From a virus (taxonomy: Duplodnaviria > Caudoviricetes), in IMG/VR virus record IMGVR_UViG_3300025869_000018, positions 1 through 52,994 of that record: a DNA stretch of 52,994 bases, one strand, 5' to 3'. The stretch's first letter is position 1; each line of letters begins with the position of its first letter. This document shows, piece by piece, positions 41,601 to 50,102 of the stretch. The position numbers and the translations under genes were made by a program. Under the pieces are notes generated by a model. It worked only from the letters and a program-made list of their open reading frames with translations. It was not told where the DNA came from and searched no databases.

Positions 41601-44600
41601 TGGAGTTGCTCAACCAGCACTTACTCTTATAGTTGGCAATACATACGTGTTCGATGTTTCAGATGGAACTATGGGTAGTCACCCATTTAGATTTTCACAA
41701 AATTCAAACGGACCTGAGTATAGTACGGGAGTTACAGCTACGAGTAGTACAGTAACAATCGTAGTTACTGCTAGTACACCATCAACTTTATATTACTATT
41801 GTACGAATCATAGTGGTATGGGTAACTCTATATCGATTACAACCGCCACACCATCTCTTATATTGAATGGTTCTAACGGACAGATAACTGCTTCTGCAGT
41901 ATCTATGTCTGGAATGGTAAATGCTAGTTCAGGACAAATTGGTAACTTTGCTATAAGTAGTAACAACTTGCAAGGTGGAACTACATTTCAATTAAATCCA
42001 ACTAACAATAGTGGTGAGATTAGATTGGGTGCTAGTTTAGGACCGAACTCAGCTGATAGTACAACGAGAGGTATATACTTAGCCGGTAGTGGAGAGTTTG
42101 GTTTAATTGAAAGTGAAACTAATAGAATATTTTCAGATGGTAGTGGTCTTGATATACGTTCAGATACATTTACTTTAGACGCTACTACGGTTTATCTTGA
42201 TAGCGCAACACCATCGTTACGATTCGCTGCTGATGCGAGTGCTCATTCTTATAATGCTGCTGAAGGTATATTTATCGGAAAGCATAGCAGTCAATATAAG
42301 ATGTCAATAAAGGGTGGGGCTAGTGATAATTCTTTAGTTTGGGATGGTGATAGCTTAACTATAGCTGGTAGTATAACAATTACAGGTGGTGATTTGGCCG
42401 GCGTAACCGCCGCAACTATTAGTGGTTCTTTACCTGATGGAACACTTAGTGGTTCTGCTCAGATAGCTGACCAGATAAGTGGTTCAGCAAATGCTTTAAG
42501 TGCTTCTGCTGCTAGTTCGATAGCTCAAACATTAGTTGACTCTGGTTCAATTGCTGCTGCTGTTGAATTAACAAATGAGGGAATGAATATACTTAACAGT
42601 AGTAATCAGGCTATAGCTCAATATAGTGATGATGCTATCATCGGTAGAACTGCTACAGGATTTAGTAATGTATTCGTAGACTCCTCTGAAGGAGAAGTTC
42701 AGATAAGAAAAGGTTCGGTAGTTTCCGCATCATTTGGTGCAACAACCACAATCGGTCCTACTGGCGGAAGTCATATTCTAATAAATTCTGAACAAATCGC
42801 AGTAAAAAGAGGAACAACAACTTTCTTATCAGCATCAGCTGCTGGTCTAGATATGAGTGGTAAGGTTACTGCTACGAGTGGTGAAATAGGTGGGTTTACT
42901 ATAGACGCTGATGAGATAAAAGCTGGTACAACATTGATATTAGATTCTGATACTAATAATGGAGAAATAAAATTAGGTTCAGCTGCTCTTGATTCTGGTG
43001 ATGGAATCTATATGAATGGAAGCGGCGTATTCAGAGTTGGTGATTTTGACGGCAATAGATTGCATTTTGATGGAACTAATTTACATCTAACTGCTTCCAA
43101 AGTAAATATTAGTGGTTCTTCTGTAAAGCTTGAAACACCTAGATTTTATTTAGGAGAAACATCACAGTTTATAAGTGGTTCAAATGGAAACATTGAAATA
43201 AGTTCATCTAAGTTTCACCTAAAGAACAATGGTGATGTAGTTGCAAATAACATTACAGCGTCAAACATCTCAATGTCTGGTGTTGTAAATTCTAGTGCAG
43301 GAGCTATTGGTGGTTTTGTAATTGATTCAGCGCAGATTAATTCTACCAATAACAATCTAATACTAAAGGCTAGTGGACAGATAACCGCTTCAGCAGTATC
43401 TATGTCAGGTAACATTAACGCTAGTGGTGGAGACATAGGTGGGTTCGTTATCGGCTCAACACAGATAAACTCAACCAATGATAATTTAATACTAAAAGCT
43501 AGTGGTCAGATTACTGCTTCTGCCATATCAATGTCAGGTGCTGTAGTTGCTACAACTGGTGAAATTGGTGGATTCAGAATCGGTACTGATTTAAATTCTA
43601 CATCAGGCACATTGAAACTTAAAGGTGCTAGTGGTCAAATCACAGCCTCTGATGCTTTGATAAATGGTAACATAACTGCTACAACTATTAATGCTACAGG
43701 TTCAGGAGTTATAGGTGGTTTTACAATAGATTCTACAGAGATAAGTGCTAGTGGATTATTGTTAAAATCAAGTGGACAGATTACTGCTTCAGCTGCTGAC
43801 CTTAGTGGAAAGATTACTGCTACGAGTGGTGAAATCGGTGGCAACACAATAGCTAGTGGTTCTATATTTAGTGGAACTGGTACTTTTGGAAATGTTAACA
43901 CTCCTTTCTTCTTAGATAGTGGTGGTAGGTTTAGTTTAAAGAATAAACTTTCTTTTAATGGTTCTAGTTTAGCTGTTCAAGGTGACATAACTGCGATTAC
44001 AGGTCAAATAGGTGGATGGGGTATATCTGGTGATGTTTTAAGCAGCACACAATCTGATAGTGTTGAGCTAGATGGTGAAAACGAAAGAATAACAATAAAT
44101 AGTAACACATTTGGAAATACAGGAATACAACTTGATAATAATGGTGGTAATCCACGAGCATTCATTGGTAAAACCAATGGTAGTTTCTTAAAGTTTGACT
44201 CATCTACAAATATACTACAGATAAGTTCATCTAATTTCTTATTAGGTGGCGGTGGACAATTCGTAAGTGGTTCAAATGGTAATATAGAAATAAGTTCATC
44301 TAACTTTCATTTAGATAATAGTGGTAATACTACTATGGCTGGTAAAATCACATCTACCGAAGGTACAATCGGTGGTTGGAGTATGACTACCTCTTCTTTC
44401 TTTAGTGGTGATACCGGTGATAGAATGGAGTTTCAGTCAAATAATAATAGAATAGTATTGTATGATGCTGCTAAAAGTTCATTGGCTGGACAAGAAATTA
44501 TACAGATAGGACAATTATCTAGTGCTGGTGAAATTGTATTTGGTAGTAGTGTATACGGAATAAAGATATCAGGTTCTAATTCTTCTATGGGTAGTAATGA

Positions 44601-46185
44601 AGCTAAGTTAGTTGCTCAGATGGGAGATCATGGTGCTACAGCAACAAACTTTCATTACTCTTCTTCTGTAATTCAAGGTTACTCTAAGAGTAGAAATCCA
44701 AATAATATGTATGGTGGTAGAGCTGGTATTTATGGTAGAAGCTCTTTTGCTTTATCAAGTATTCCTGCAGGATATATAGGAAGTCTAAGTTCTCAAAAAG
44801 GTATAATGGCAGGTATTGTAGGTTCTCATCTCAATCATGGAAGTGGGTTCTATAGAAAGACTGCTGGTATCTTAGGTGTAAATAACCAAAACCTCCTTGA
44901 TGATGTAGGATTTCCTAAAAAGATTGCTACAGGAAGCTTTGGTGTTGTAAGTGTAGGTCCTATGTATGTTACTGCTAGTACGGCAGACCATAGAGAAGCT
45001 GGTATTGGATATAGTATATTAGCTGGTGGTGGATATGTTCATGTATCTGCTTCAAGTGCTGGTAATTTTGGTGGTATCGGCTCGGGTATAATAATCGACT
45101 CTTCTAATACTTCAGGAACTAGTGCAGGATTAAGATTAGTTAGTGATTCGAGTAATACAACTGAGATTACATCGAATGGAACAGGAGTGCAGATAAATAA
45201 AGGTGCTATAAATACCACCGGTGATACCACTTTCTCAGGCTCATATTTTGCTAGTACCGGCACAGCAAACAAATTTGATGGTGGGGTGGTACTTACATCA
45301 TTTGCTAGAAATGGTGCGACAGCAGGAGTAACAATTAATCACTCTTCTGGTAATATAACAACCACTGGTACTATAACTGCTACAGGCAACATAAATGCAA
45401 ACGGAAATATTGTTGGTGATGGTAGCACTGCTATATCAAGTATGGCTTCATTGGGTATTGGTTCAGTAACTGCAACTGGTACAATTCAAGCAGAACAATT
45501 AACATCAACAGACGATGCGAGTATAGCAGGAACTCTTGAAGCAGCTACAGTAGCAACTCACCATTGGCAAATGAAACCTTGGGCAGCTGGCTCGACTAGA
45601 TATCTAGCATTAACTACAGATGACCACAATACTAATGATTATATGATGCTTTATGATACGACAAATTTTCACACATTCTTAAGTGCTAAAAATACAGGTC
45701 ACGTTATCATAAACGGTGGAGGAGGCAATGGTAATAATCAGATTTTAGTTTATGATCCAGATACTACCGCTAGAATTGATGTAACTACAGACAACCTTAC
45801 AGTTACTGGTGATGTAACCGCTTTCTATTCAGATGTTAGATTAAAAGATAAAATTAAAATTGGTATAGATAATCCAATAAATAAAGTTAAAGACATCGAA
45901 GTATTTACTTACAAAAACAATGATTTAGCAAAAAGTTTTGGATTCAAAGGGGATAATACTCAAATAGGTGTTAGTGCTCAATCCGTACAAAAAGTATTAC
46001 CAGAGGTTGTTGATATCGCTCCTTTTGATTTAGATGGTGATGGTAATTCAAAATCTGGTGAAGATTATTTAACAGTTAAGTACGAAAAGATAGTTCCATT
46101 ACTAATAGAGTCTATAAAAGAACAACAAGAACAAATCGACAAACTTAAAAAAGAAGTAAAGGAGTTAAAGAATGGCTCTAACTAG
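32680..46185 (+). CDS. Giant tail fibre / adhesin (4501 aa) with internal repeats and C-terminal intramolecular chaperone (peptidase S74-like)
   Basis: Many IGGF.I...L.LKxxGQITAS and FxSGSxGNIEISSS.FHL repeats; C-terminal SDVRLKDKI...GVSAQ...LPEVV...YEKIVPLLIESIKE plus coiled coil. Confidence 0.88.
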   Translation: MAIVKRFNRLLGLEKIDVLVDEKDKSRHIVITNIPESLPQGKSSFLIEASPYMRKGIELQIDFIDSKGNSIYVEPVQNYLEGSSRTVSVEVYDTVAPGVATMIIVGELDRLPLDSGNYSEVEEIPKEFQGVYNVRLTKEFIINTAEINVQPIKFYTSPKLTAVEKRFGTMIREVVSGETVSSAFKVRGQSNIQQQYEIFNNPSQNDDTGEGAGVTETQENQTPPPPNGDIPGDEAEKEKLKQHAKKKSIRGNSRFKRSRRIRRRNSPEDFPYFFTIGDDEHRFTTKEVGAEIRFSAIDTSLYSQEDLDNNGLKVPVSFNVVTDPDDENFPNHYTASIAELDVTGTTAYVNTPFTKQDVEGNYRILNMAATAKTHFTREPSASFSLTNIVSYADITLSHLRTFSGEVFKAKVYVRSEGSFDDYKLLAEVPVESPDKMVNNNSVGVGERTGYFVSEEDKNTYWDLFGSTNGLTAATATSTASYQESTTMLDSVMISGSTSVFTDQIRFQLKDEYKFELRKSIDYTLSFNAIGQKDIDGRALMLVYVSGSSMKQSTDLHNDSVTQTDIEESSAYGKRMGVLEVESSDDIKKDFKLVTHNFNSILTGDAVVQFRVISGQWNLSDISVVPSTDTGFSPSFINFQQELSPELTHKRPETLEFLTEFYDINNNLADEIAVTTGSVFTGANMVITGDDNNIPGSVFIGGETTASGMQFGGVDSTIPETGDDGATGSGFMRSVGYLGFTSASNSSLGGKPGFMIYSGSVLPGSGENYAGVGLELVGASGSLKFRTNPSLFDVQADSFFVGKATTQFISGSSGNVEVSSSNFHLTPEGNVTMSGTITAESGFIGGFAIGSNTLSTTGALLGDSTQTHFISSSAFKVDHSGNVTASNIDLGGKITATSGEIGGWTIHEDMLAAGTGNSSVSMSGDDQLFRFGSGSVFNIGDIDGILFGQDTDGKYKFGVGRGESYIFFDGDSVNIKSEDINVTASVFSVDVDVFKLSANNLFISSSQGGFISAGNPRPTGITGTNKGVFISGRDPGDTKPKFLAGNAAGGRLSFDGDNIFMSSSAFFLGSPTQFISGSLGNIEISSSNFHLDSAGNVVMSGNVSATTGTIGGLTIGATKLSSGTAYEISSSTNVNDPVSFISSSNFKVSAGGQVTASGFSLEGGDVGGLVVAEGTVSVGEILKLKDSGQITGSKVLFTGGTIGGFTIDADEIKSTNVLIDSANEKITLGSANAIKLQGGATDNFLTMGSKTSFSHEGTGTAGILIGMDGTNPQAEFVKNATNYFIFDDGIDIQTDTLVASGSSITLETPKFFLGKASTTFVSGSNGNIEISSSAFHLTPEGNITGSNILLGDKGESQFLQFANGALTVRGDLAVDSLFLPATIAGATSTVANASSSLDSRGFAKFVSASIGGFNVTSTEIKDSGNNLILKSNGQITASAVSMSGNINANAGDIGGFVIDSTQINSTNDSLILKASGQITASAVSMSGTIVADSGNIGGFIIDSDEIKSGTTLILDSNSNNGEIKLGSAALNSGDGIYMNGNGVFRVGDFDGNRLHFDSNNLHLTASKVNISGSSVKLETPRFYLGESAQYISGSNGNVEISSSNFHLDNSGNVTMQGNVTATTGQIGGFAITSNSISSSNDNLILKSSGQITGSNVLFNGGTIGGFTIDADEIKSGTNIALDSTNKKLTINNATFGNAGIQLEYNSGTPRFYVGDGSNEFVKYDGSSVDIRTKKLNASGSNITLETPKFFLGKKGSQFVSGSNGSIEISSSFFHLTPLGNVTASNALFDGTIDVTGTGTIAGWAIGSNRFNDNADSIRLDSNVGSVSIKNHSFGQSGIQLEHNSGTTRFYAGNGSDKHIKFDGSDVDIKSAKFELDANNLELSSTHASMSLGEGKIKLVGASTSTITVGAANSIKLSDDGTDRFLVVGSKTSFTHFDQSTAGLILGTDNGTTKFELAADANNYISFDGSEFDIKTAEFTLDTTNLDINSSTKRIEVSDGSNVRVRIGEVDSTSANHFGITVYDGSGTGASDEIVHLSDAKNQIASWSLSPNQISSQNLVIHSSGRLETANFVSGLRGWRISSADNGSAEFENVSIRGTLKTTVFEKETVNAVGGQLYIANSTVTTGSTALVATATTMSVVNVSGFAANEILSAKKISATGFGTEYMLVQSSSRDIPSSDTNFAGKLYLVRGYRSGSLGASGSLGDRSNISQSYEPGQVIISTGKIGTGYIRLNANPNDKTTPYMDIVERTGSGVYDVELKARLGDLSGLSSGLLYGNATPGFGLFTENVFLSGAITAQTGSIEGILHIRTDASNQIKLGTNVNGSQDGIHINDNNFWYTNGHFKTGFDSDNLIHQSGSSLTIKSETFALKGGTTLVLDSSTPKLVMGSSAASITDTDNTGIYMDGTGKFRVGEDQGSGDNFIYFNGTTIQMKSTVFDLVAGSTLVINSSTPKIVLGASATGQSLTSGTGIFMNGSGHFRAGKAGHGRIEWDGTNVYVSSSAFFLGSDSQFLSGSLGNIEISSSAFHLSGGNAILSGKVTSAEGNIGGFDIGASSIASQAGGLTLNADGGITGSKFLLTGGVITDDVTIQGDLSANSISTPSDGSGIKATITSEGFAKFISASIGGFDVDGNQINSTNDALILKSNGQITASAAQISGNITITGGDLAGVSADTISGSAAEVSASLASRQTPYETQVLLTSAGMSLNKADGTSVADYGDTIRIGIDANNESRVEIDNDSMDFITDSSGTDTTRATFGATSVIGTSTDKVTISDSGITIRENNVDSILLASGAVTLNGASTDDQVVINASGVTIKEGGTVRTTLAGNKLTLGKADDNRIEITDSAFSLYEGSVEKVSIGSSDVKVLYDSNNYSQMDADSFDVVLGGQTSASFGATTTIGPTGGSHVSIDSQQISVKRGTTTFLSASAAGLDMSGSIKASGGTIGGFDISTTKIQSATGGDTVNYTVTANGSSNYLIDGVAQPALTLIVGNTYVFDVSDGTMGSHPFRFSQNSNGPEYSTGVTATSSTVTIVVTASTPSTLYYYCTNHSGMGNSISITTATPSLILNGSNGQITASAVSMSGMVNASSGQIGNFAISSNNLQGGTTFQLNPTNNSGEIRLGASLGPNSADSTTRGIYLAGSGEFGLIESETNRIFSDGSGLDIRSDTFTLDATTVYLDSATPSLRFAADASAHSYNAAEGIFIGKHSSQYKMSIKGGASDNSLVWDGDSLTIAGSITITGGDLAGVTAATISGSLPDGTLSGSAQIADQISGSANALSASAASSIAQTLVDSGSIAAAVELTNEGMNILNSSNQAIAQYSDDAIIGRTATGFSNVFVDSSEGEVQIRKGSVVSASFGATTTIGPTGGSHILINSEQIAVKRGTTTFLSASAAGLDMSGKVTATSGEIGGFTIDADEIKAGTTLILDSDTNNGEIKLGSAALDSGDGIYMNGSGVFRVGDFDGNRLHFDGTNLHLTASKVNISGSSVKLETPRFYLGETSQFISGSNGNIEISSSKFHLKNNGDVVANNITASNISMSGVVNSSAGAIGGFVIDSAQINSTNNNLILKASGQITASAVSMSGNINASGGDIGGFVIGSTQINSTNDNLILKASGQITASAISMSGAVVATTGEIGGFRIGTDLNSTSGTLKLKGASGQITASDALINGNITATTINATGSGVIGGFTIDSTEISASGLLLKSSGQITASAADLSGKITATSGEIGGNTIASGSIFSGTGTFGNVNTPFFLDSGGRFSLKNKLSFNGSSLAVQGDITAITGQIGGWGISGDVLSSTQSDSVELDGENERITINSNTFGNTGIQLDNNGGNPRAFIGKTNGSFLKFDSSTNILQISSSNFLLGGGGQFVSGSNGNIEISSSNFHLDNSGNTTMAGKITSTEGTIGGWSMTTSSFFSGDTGDRMEFQSNNNRIVLYDAAKSSLAGQEIIQIGQLSSAGEIVFGSSVYGIKISGSNSSMGSNEAKLVAQMGDHGATATNFHYSSSVIQGYSKSRNPNNMYGGRAGIYGRSSFALSSIPAGYIGSLSSQKGIMAGIVGSHLNHGSGFYRKTAGILGVNNQNLLDDVGFPKKIATGSFGVVSVGPMYVTASTADHREAGIGYSILAGGGYVHVSASSAGNFGGIGSGIIIDSSNTSGTSAGLRLVSDSSNTTEITSNGTGVQINKGAINTTGDTTFSGSYFASTGTANKFDGGVVLTSFARNGATAGVTINHSSGNITTTGTITATGNINANGNIVGDGSTAISSMASLGIGSVTATGTIQAEQLTSTDDASIAGTLEAATVATHHWQMKPWAAGSTRYLALTTDDHNTNDYMMLYDTTNFHTFLSAKNTGHVIINGGGGNGNNQILVYDPDTTARIDVTTDNLTVTGDVTAFYSDVRLKDKIKIGIDNPINKVKDIEVFTYKNNDLAKSFGFKGDNTQIGVSAQSVQKVLPEVVDIAPFDLDGDGNSKSGEDYLTVKYEKIVPLLIESIKEQQEQIDKLKKEVKELKNGSN

Positions 46186-46378
46186 TAGTGGTACAATTTC
46201 CATGAGTGATATTAGAACTGAATTAGGTGCTTCAGGTACAATCTCTTTAAAAGAAGCTTCTGATGGTACGGTAGCAACTATCAATACAAGTAATCCTCAT
46301 GTGCACAGACCAAATGGATCCGCTCCACATACTATGTCTGAATTTTATAGTTACGACCATGATTATGATGGTGAATAA
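46172..46378 (+). CDS. Small tail-fibre-associated protein
   Basis: MALTSSGTISMSDIRTELG...MSEFY, a pattern typical of proteins downstream of phage fibres. Confidence 0.6.
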   Translation: MALTSSGTISMSDIRTELGASGTISLKEASDGTVATINTSNPHVHRPNGSAPHTMSEFYSYDHDYDGE

Positions 46379-46435
46379 TTAATATTGATAATTAACAAAC
46401 TTTATATTTATATATGAATAAGAACATAGGAAATT

Positions 46436-49400
46436 ATGGATAAACTTACAGAATTTTTAACAAAACCATTTCTAAACGAAGGAGCTAGGGATCCTGGCAT
46501 TTTCAAAGCTATCTTTTTAGCTGGAGGACCTGGCAGCGGTAAATCATTCGTAGCACAAAAACTATTCGGTATACCTGAAAAGGTAAACGTATCTAAGACA
46601 GGTTTAAAGATGGTAAATCAAGATAGTGAACTTGAACTTTTGTTAAAAAAGTATTTCGGAACAACAGATATAGACAATATGCCTGATGAGTTATTTGCTG
46701 ATTTAACTGGTGTGGATAAAAAAGGTAAAGCTGTAGATTATGATACAAGTGGTTTACGAAAGTTTGCTAAATCTTTAAGTAAGGAAAGATTAAGACTATA
46801 CACCAATGGAAAGTTGGGTGTTATTATAGATGGTACAGGACACAACTTTAGTAAAATTAAAAAAAGAAGAAAAGATTTGATGGATATGGGTTACGATACC
46901 TATATGGTTTTCGTAAATACCTCATTAAAGATTGCTAGGGAACGAAACGAAAAAAGAGATAGGGTTGTACCGGATGCTATCGTTCAAAAAAGTTGGGAAG
47001 ATGTTCAAGGTAATTTGGGTGCTTTTCAAGGTTTATTTGGTGGTTCTAACTTTATGATTGTTCAGAATAATAAGATGTTATCGGATTCTCAAATAACTAA
47101 ACATTTTAAGATGTTGGTTAGTAAGGGTATAGATACTTTTTTAAAGAAACCAATTAAGAGTAAGGTTGGCAAAGCTTGGTTACGAAGGGAAAAGAAACAT
47201 CAAAAGGTGTTTAAGGATCCAGGCCAATCTAAGTTTTTTGAAAGGGAAAAGAAACATCAAAAGGTGTTTAAGGATCCAGGCCAATCTAAGTTTTTTGAAT
47301 CCATAGAAGTTCCTGTTGAGTTGGGTGATACAGTTCTTATGGGTAGATTTAAGAATAAAAGGGTAGTTGTTAAGTCTATCGATTATAATGAAAAGGGAGA
47401 CTTACTTATTAATGGTAGAACTGCTTTAAAATTTAGAGTAATGAAGAAAGACACAAACGAAGAGTTCGGTGCACCTGCTGGTATATTACCGTCACCAAGC
47501 CGTAAGATGGTAAAGAAGATGAAGAAGAAAGGTAATACTTCAGTTCCCTATGGCAGTGGTTATAATAAAGTAAGTGAAGCACAAGCCGTAAAGGGCAGTA
47601 AAGTAGCAAAGTTTATTACAGGTCACAATCTTACTATGAAGGGTAAGAAATATAAAGAAATAGAATTTGAAACATTAGGCGTTGATAATAGTTCAAAGAT
47701 GATTAAGTTAAAAATTATAGCACCTAAGAACTTATTTGGTATGGAGACACCTGTGAGGTTTTCAACAATAAGAAGAGGCCCATTTACAAAAACAGATACT
47801 GGTAAAAAATTAAAAGAACAAAAAGAAATCAAAAAAGTCATTGGCGTATTTGGTGGAAGATTTCAACCATTTCATTCAGGACATCTAGCAACATATAATT
47901 GGCTAAAGACACAAGTAGATGAGGTTTATATAACCACAACAAACATTAAACAACCACCAAGACATCCTATGAACTTTAAAGAAAAAGTTTCACATATGGT
48001 TAAGATGGGTATTCCAAAGAATCGTATCGTTATGGAGAAGTCTCCTTATATAGCAAAGAATCTATTAAAGAAATTTAATAAAGATACGACCGCGGTGGTA
48101 TATGCCGTTGGTAAGAAAGATGCTGGTAGATTGAAGGGTGGTAAATACTTTCAAGATTACAAAAAAAGTAAAGGTAGTATTAAAGGATACGAAGAAAATG
48201 GATACATTATGAGTGCTCCAAAATTCGGTTCGGTTAGTGGAACGCAGATGAGAAAACTTTTAGGTGACCCGAAACTTGATGATAGTGATAGGGTAAAAGC
48301 ATTTAAAAAAGTATTTGGATATTATGATAAAGGTGTGTATACTATGATGACTAATAGTTTTAAAAAGTTATTTGAGTCTTACGATTTATCAGACGAACTG
48401 ATTGAAGAGTTTTTGATGGAATCAAGCGATACTTCTGCAGGAAACTTAGACGATGGTCCTTCCACATTTTATACAGATTATCCTACATACAAAAAGACTT
48501 CTAAGGAGTGGTTAGATTCTATCTATTCAGATGCAGGGTGGAAAGTCGTTAATTATATTTTGGATGATAATGCTAAAAATACTATAGAAAAAAATTATCA
48601 TTCAGTTCCACTTACCTTTTTAGACCACGGGCAAGCTAATGGTTCAACATCAGCCGTAACTAAGTATAAAAAATGGATGAGTGAAGTTATAAAACCCTTG
48701 GGTTGGAAAGTGGTTAACTGGATGGGTACTGAATCCGCTATAAATAATATAATAGGTTCTTTATTCGCAGCTGGTGCTGATGGGGATTCATACGATATTG
48801 AATCACTTTTTGAAAAGATAAATTTAGACAAAGAGGTTAGTTTATTATTAGAAGGTGGTGCTTATGGACATTTAAATCATCCGTTTGATGATAAAAATTT
48901 AACGTTTTCAGACTTTAAGACACTAATTATTAATACACTTCAAGGTAATCTTGATAGTGAAGGAGCAGTTACAGAAAAAACGGATGGTCAAAACATAATG
49001 GTTAGTTGGAAAGGTGGAAAACTTTTAGCTGCTCGTAACAAAGGACACATTAAGAATCACGGAGCTGGTGCTTTAGATATCAATGGTATTAAGAGTATGT
49101 TTAGTGGTAGAGGTGATATTGAAAAAGCATTTGTATATGCTATGAGAGATTTAGAAAGAGCCGTAGGTAAACTTAGTGATGGACAAAAAACAAAGATATT
49201 TGATGAAGGAAAGAAATTTATGTCGTTGGAAGTTATATATCCAAAGACAGCAAATGTAATACCATACGACAAATCACTCCTACAATTTCACGGAACAATA
49301 GAATATGATACAGCTGGTTCTCCAATCGGAGAAGACAGGAGAAGTGCAAGAGTTTTGGCTGGTATGATAAAACAGATAAATCAGGATGTACAAAAGGCTT

Positions 49401-50094
49401 TTAAGATTGAAAAGCCATTTATAACTAATTTGCCAAAGGTAAAAGATTTTAGTAAAAGACAAAGTTACTTTTTAGGCAAGTTAAACAAATTACAGAATCA
49501 ATTTAGATTGAAAGGGAATAACACATTAGCAGATTATCATCAAGCTTATTGGATGGAGTATATTTATAATGGAGCTATAATGGCGCAAAACAAACCGATT
49601 ATAAAAATCCATCAAATAAGATATTAATGAGCTTGACTAAAAGATGGGCTTTCTTTGACAAGTCGTACAAAATACCAATGATTAAAAAAGATTTAAAAGA
49701 GTATCCAAAGTTTTTAAGTTGGGTACTAACAACAGATAAAATGGATCACGCTAGATTGCAAAAACAACACATTAGAGATTGGGAAGTTCTTTTCTTTGAG
49801 TTAGGTGCTGAGATACTATCTAACCTTAGTGACTTTATAGCAGCTAATCCATCTAAAGCAGCTCAACAAATCCGTAAAGATTTAAAGTCTGCTATTAGTA
49901 AGGTAAGGACATCTAAAGACACTAAAGTTTTAACCACCTTAAAGACTCAGTTAGATAGATTAAACGCTATCGGTGGTTTAAAATCAGTAGTTCCATCAGA
50001 GGGTATTACTTTTGTTTACAAAGGAAAACTTTATAAATACACAGGTGCTTTTGCACCAGCAAATCAAATATTAGGAATGTTAAAGTTCGTATAG
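46436..50094 (+). CDS. Multidomain protein: P-loop kinase (zeta/AAA_33-like), HxGH nucleotidyltransferase and KxDG ligase-like domain. Split in the assembly by an 11-nt duplication
   Basis: GGPGSGKS and IIDGTG; GRFQPFHSGH and SGTQMR; TEKTDGQN..AARNK. The second duplicate copy at 49576 is in frame with ORF 49627..50094. Confidence 0.75.
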
Positions 50095-50102
50095 GAGTTA
50101 CA

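Noticed and set aside
37201-43158. Diversity-generating retroelement TR/VR pair
   Set aside because: Both copies are in frame within one gene, mismatches are not adenine-specific, and there is no reverse transcriptase in the window.
33339-45272. Many minus-strand ORFs within the fibre gene (and similar ones elsewhere)
   Set aside because: Antisense shadows of Gly/Ser/Thr-rich coding sequence, with no RBS or motifs.
49565-49627. Programmed ribosomal frameshift
   Set aside because: The 11-nt duplication fully explains the frame change, and no slippery heptamer is evident.
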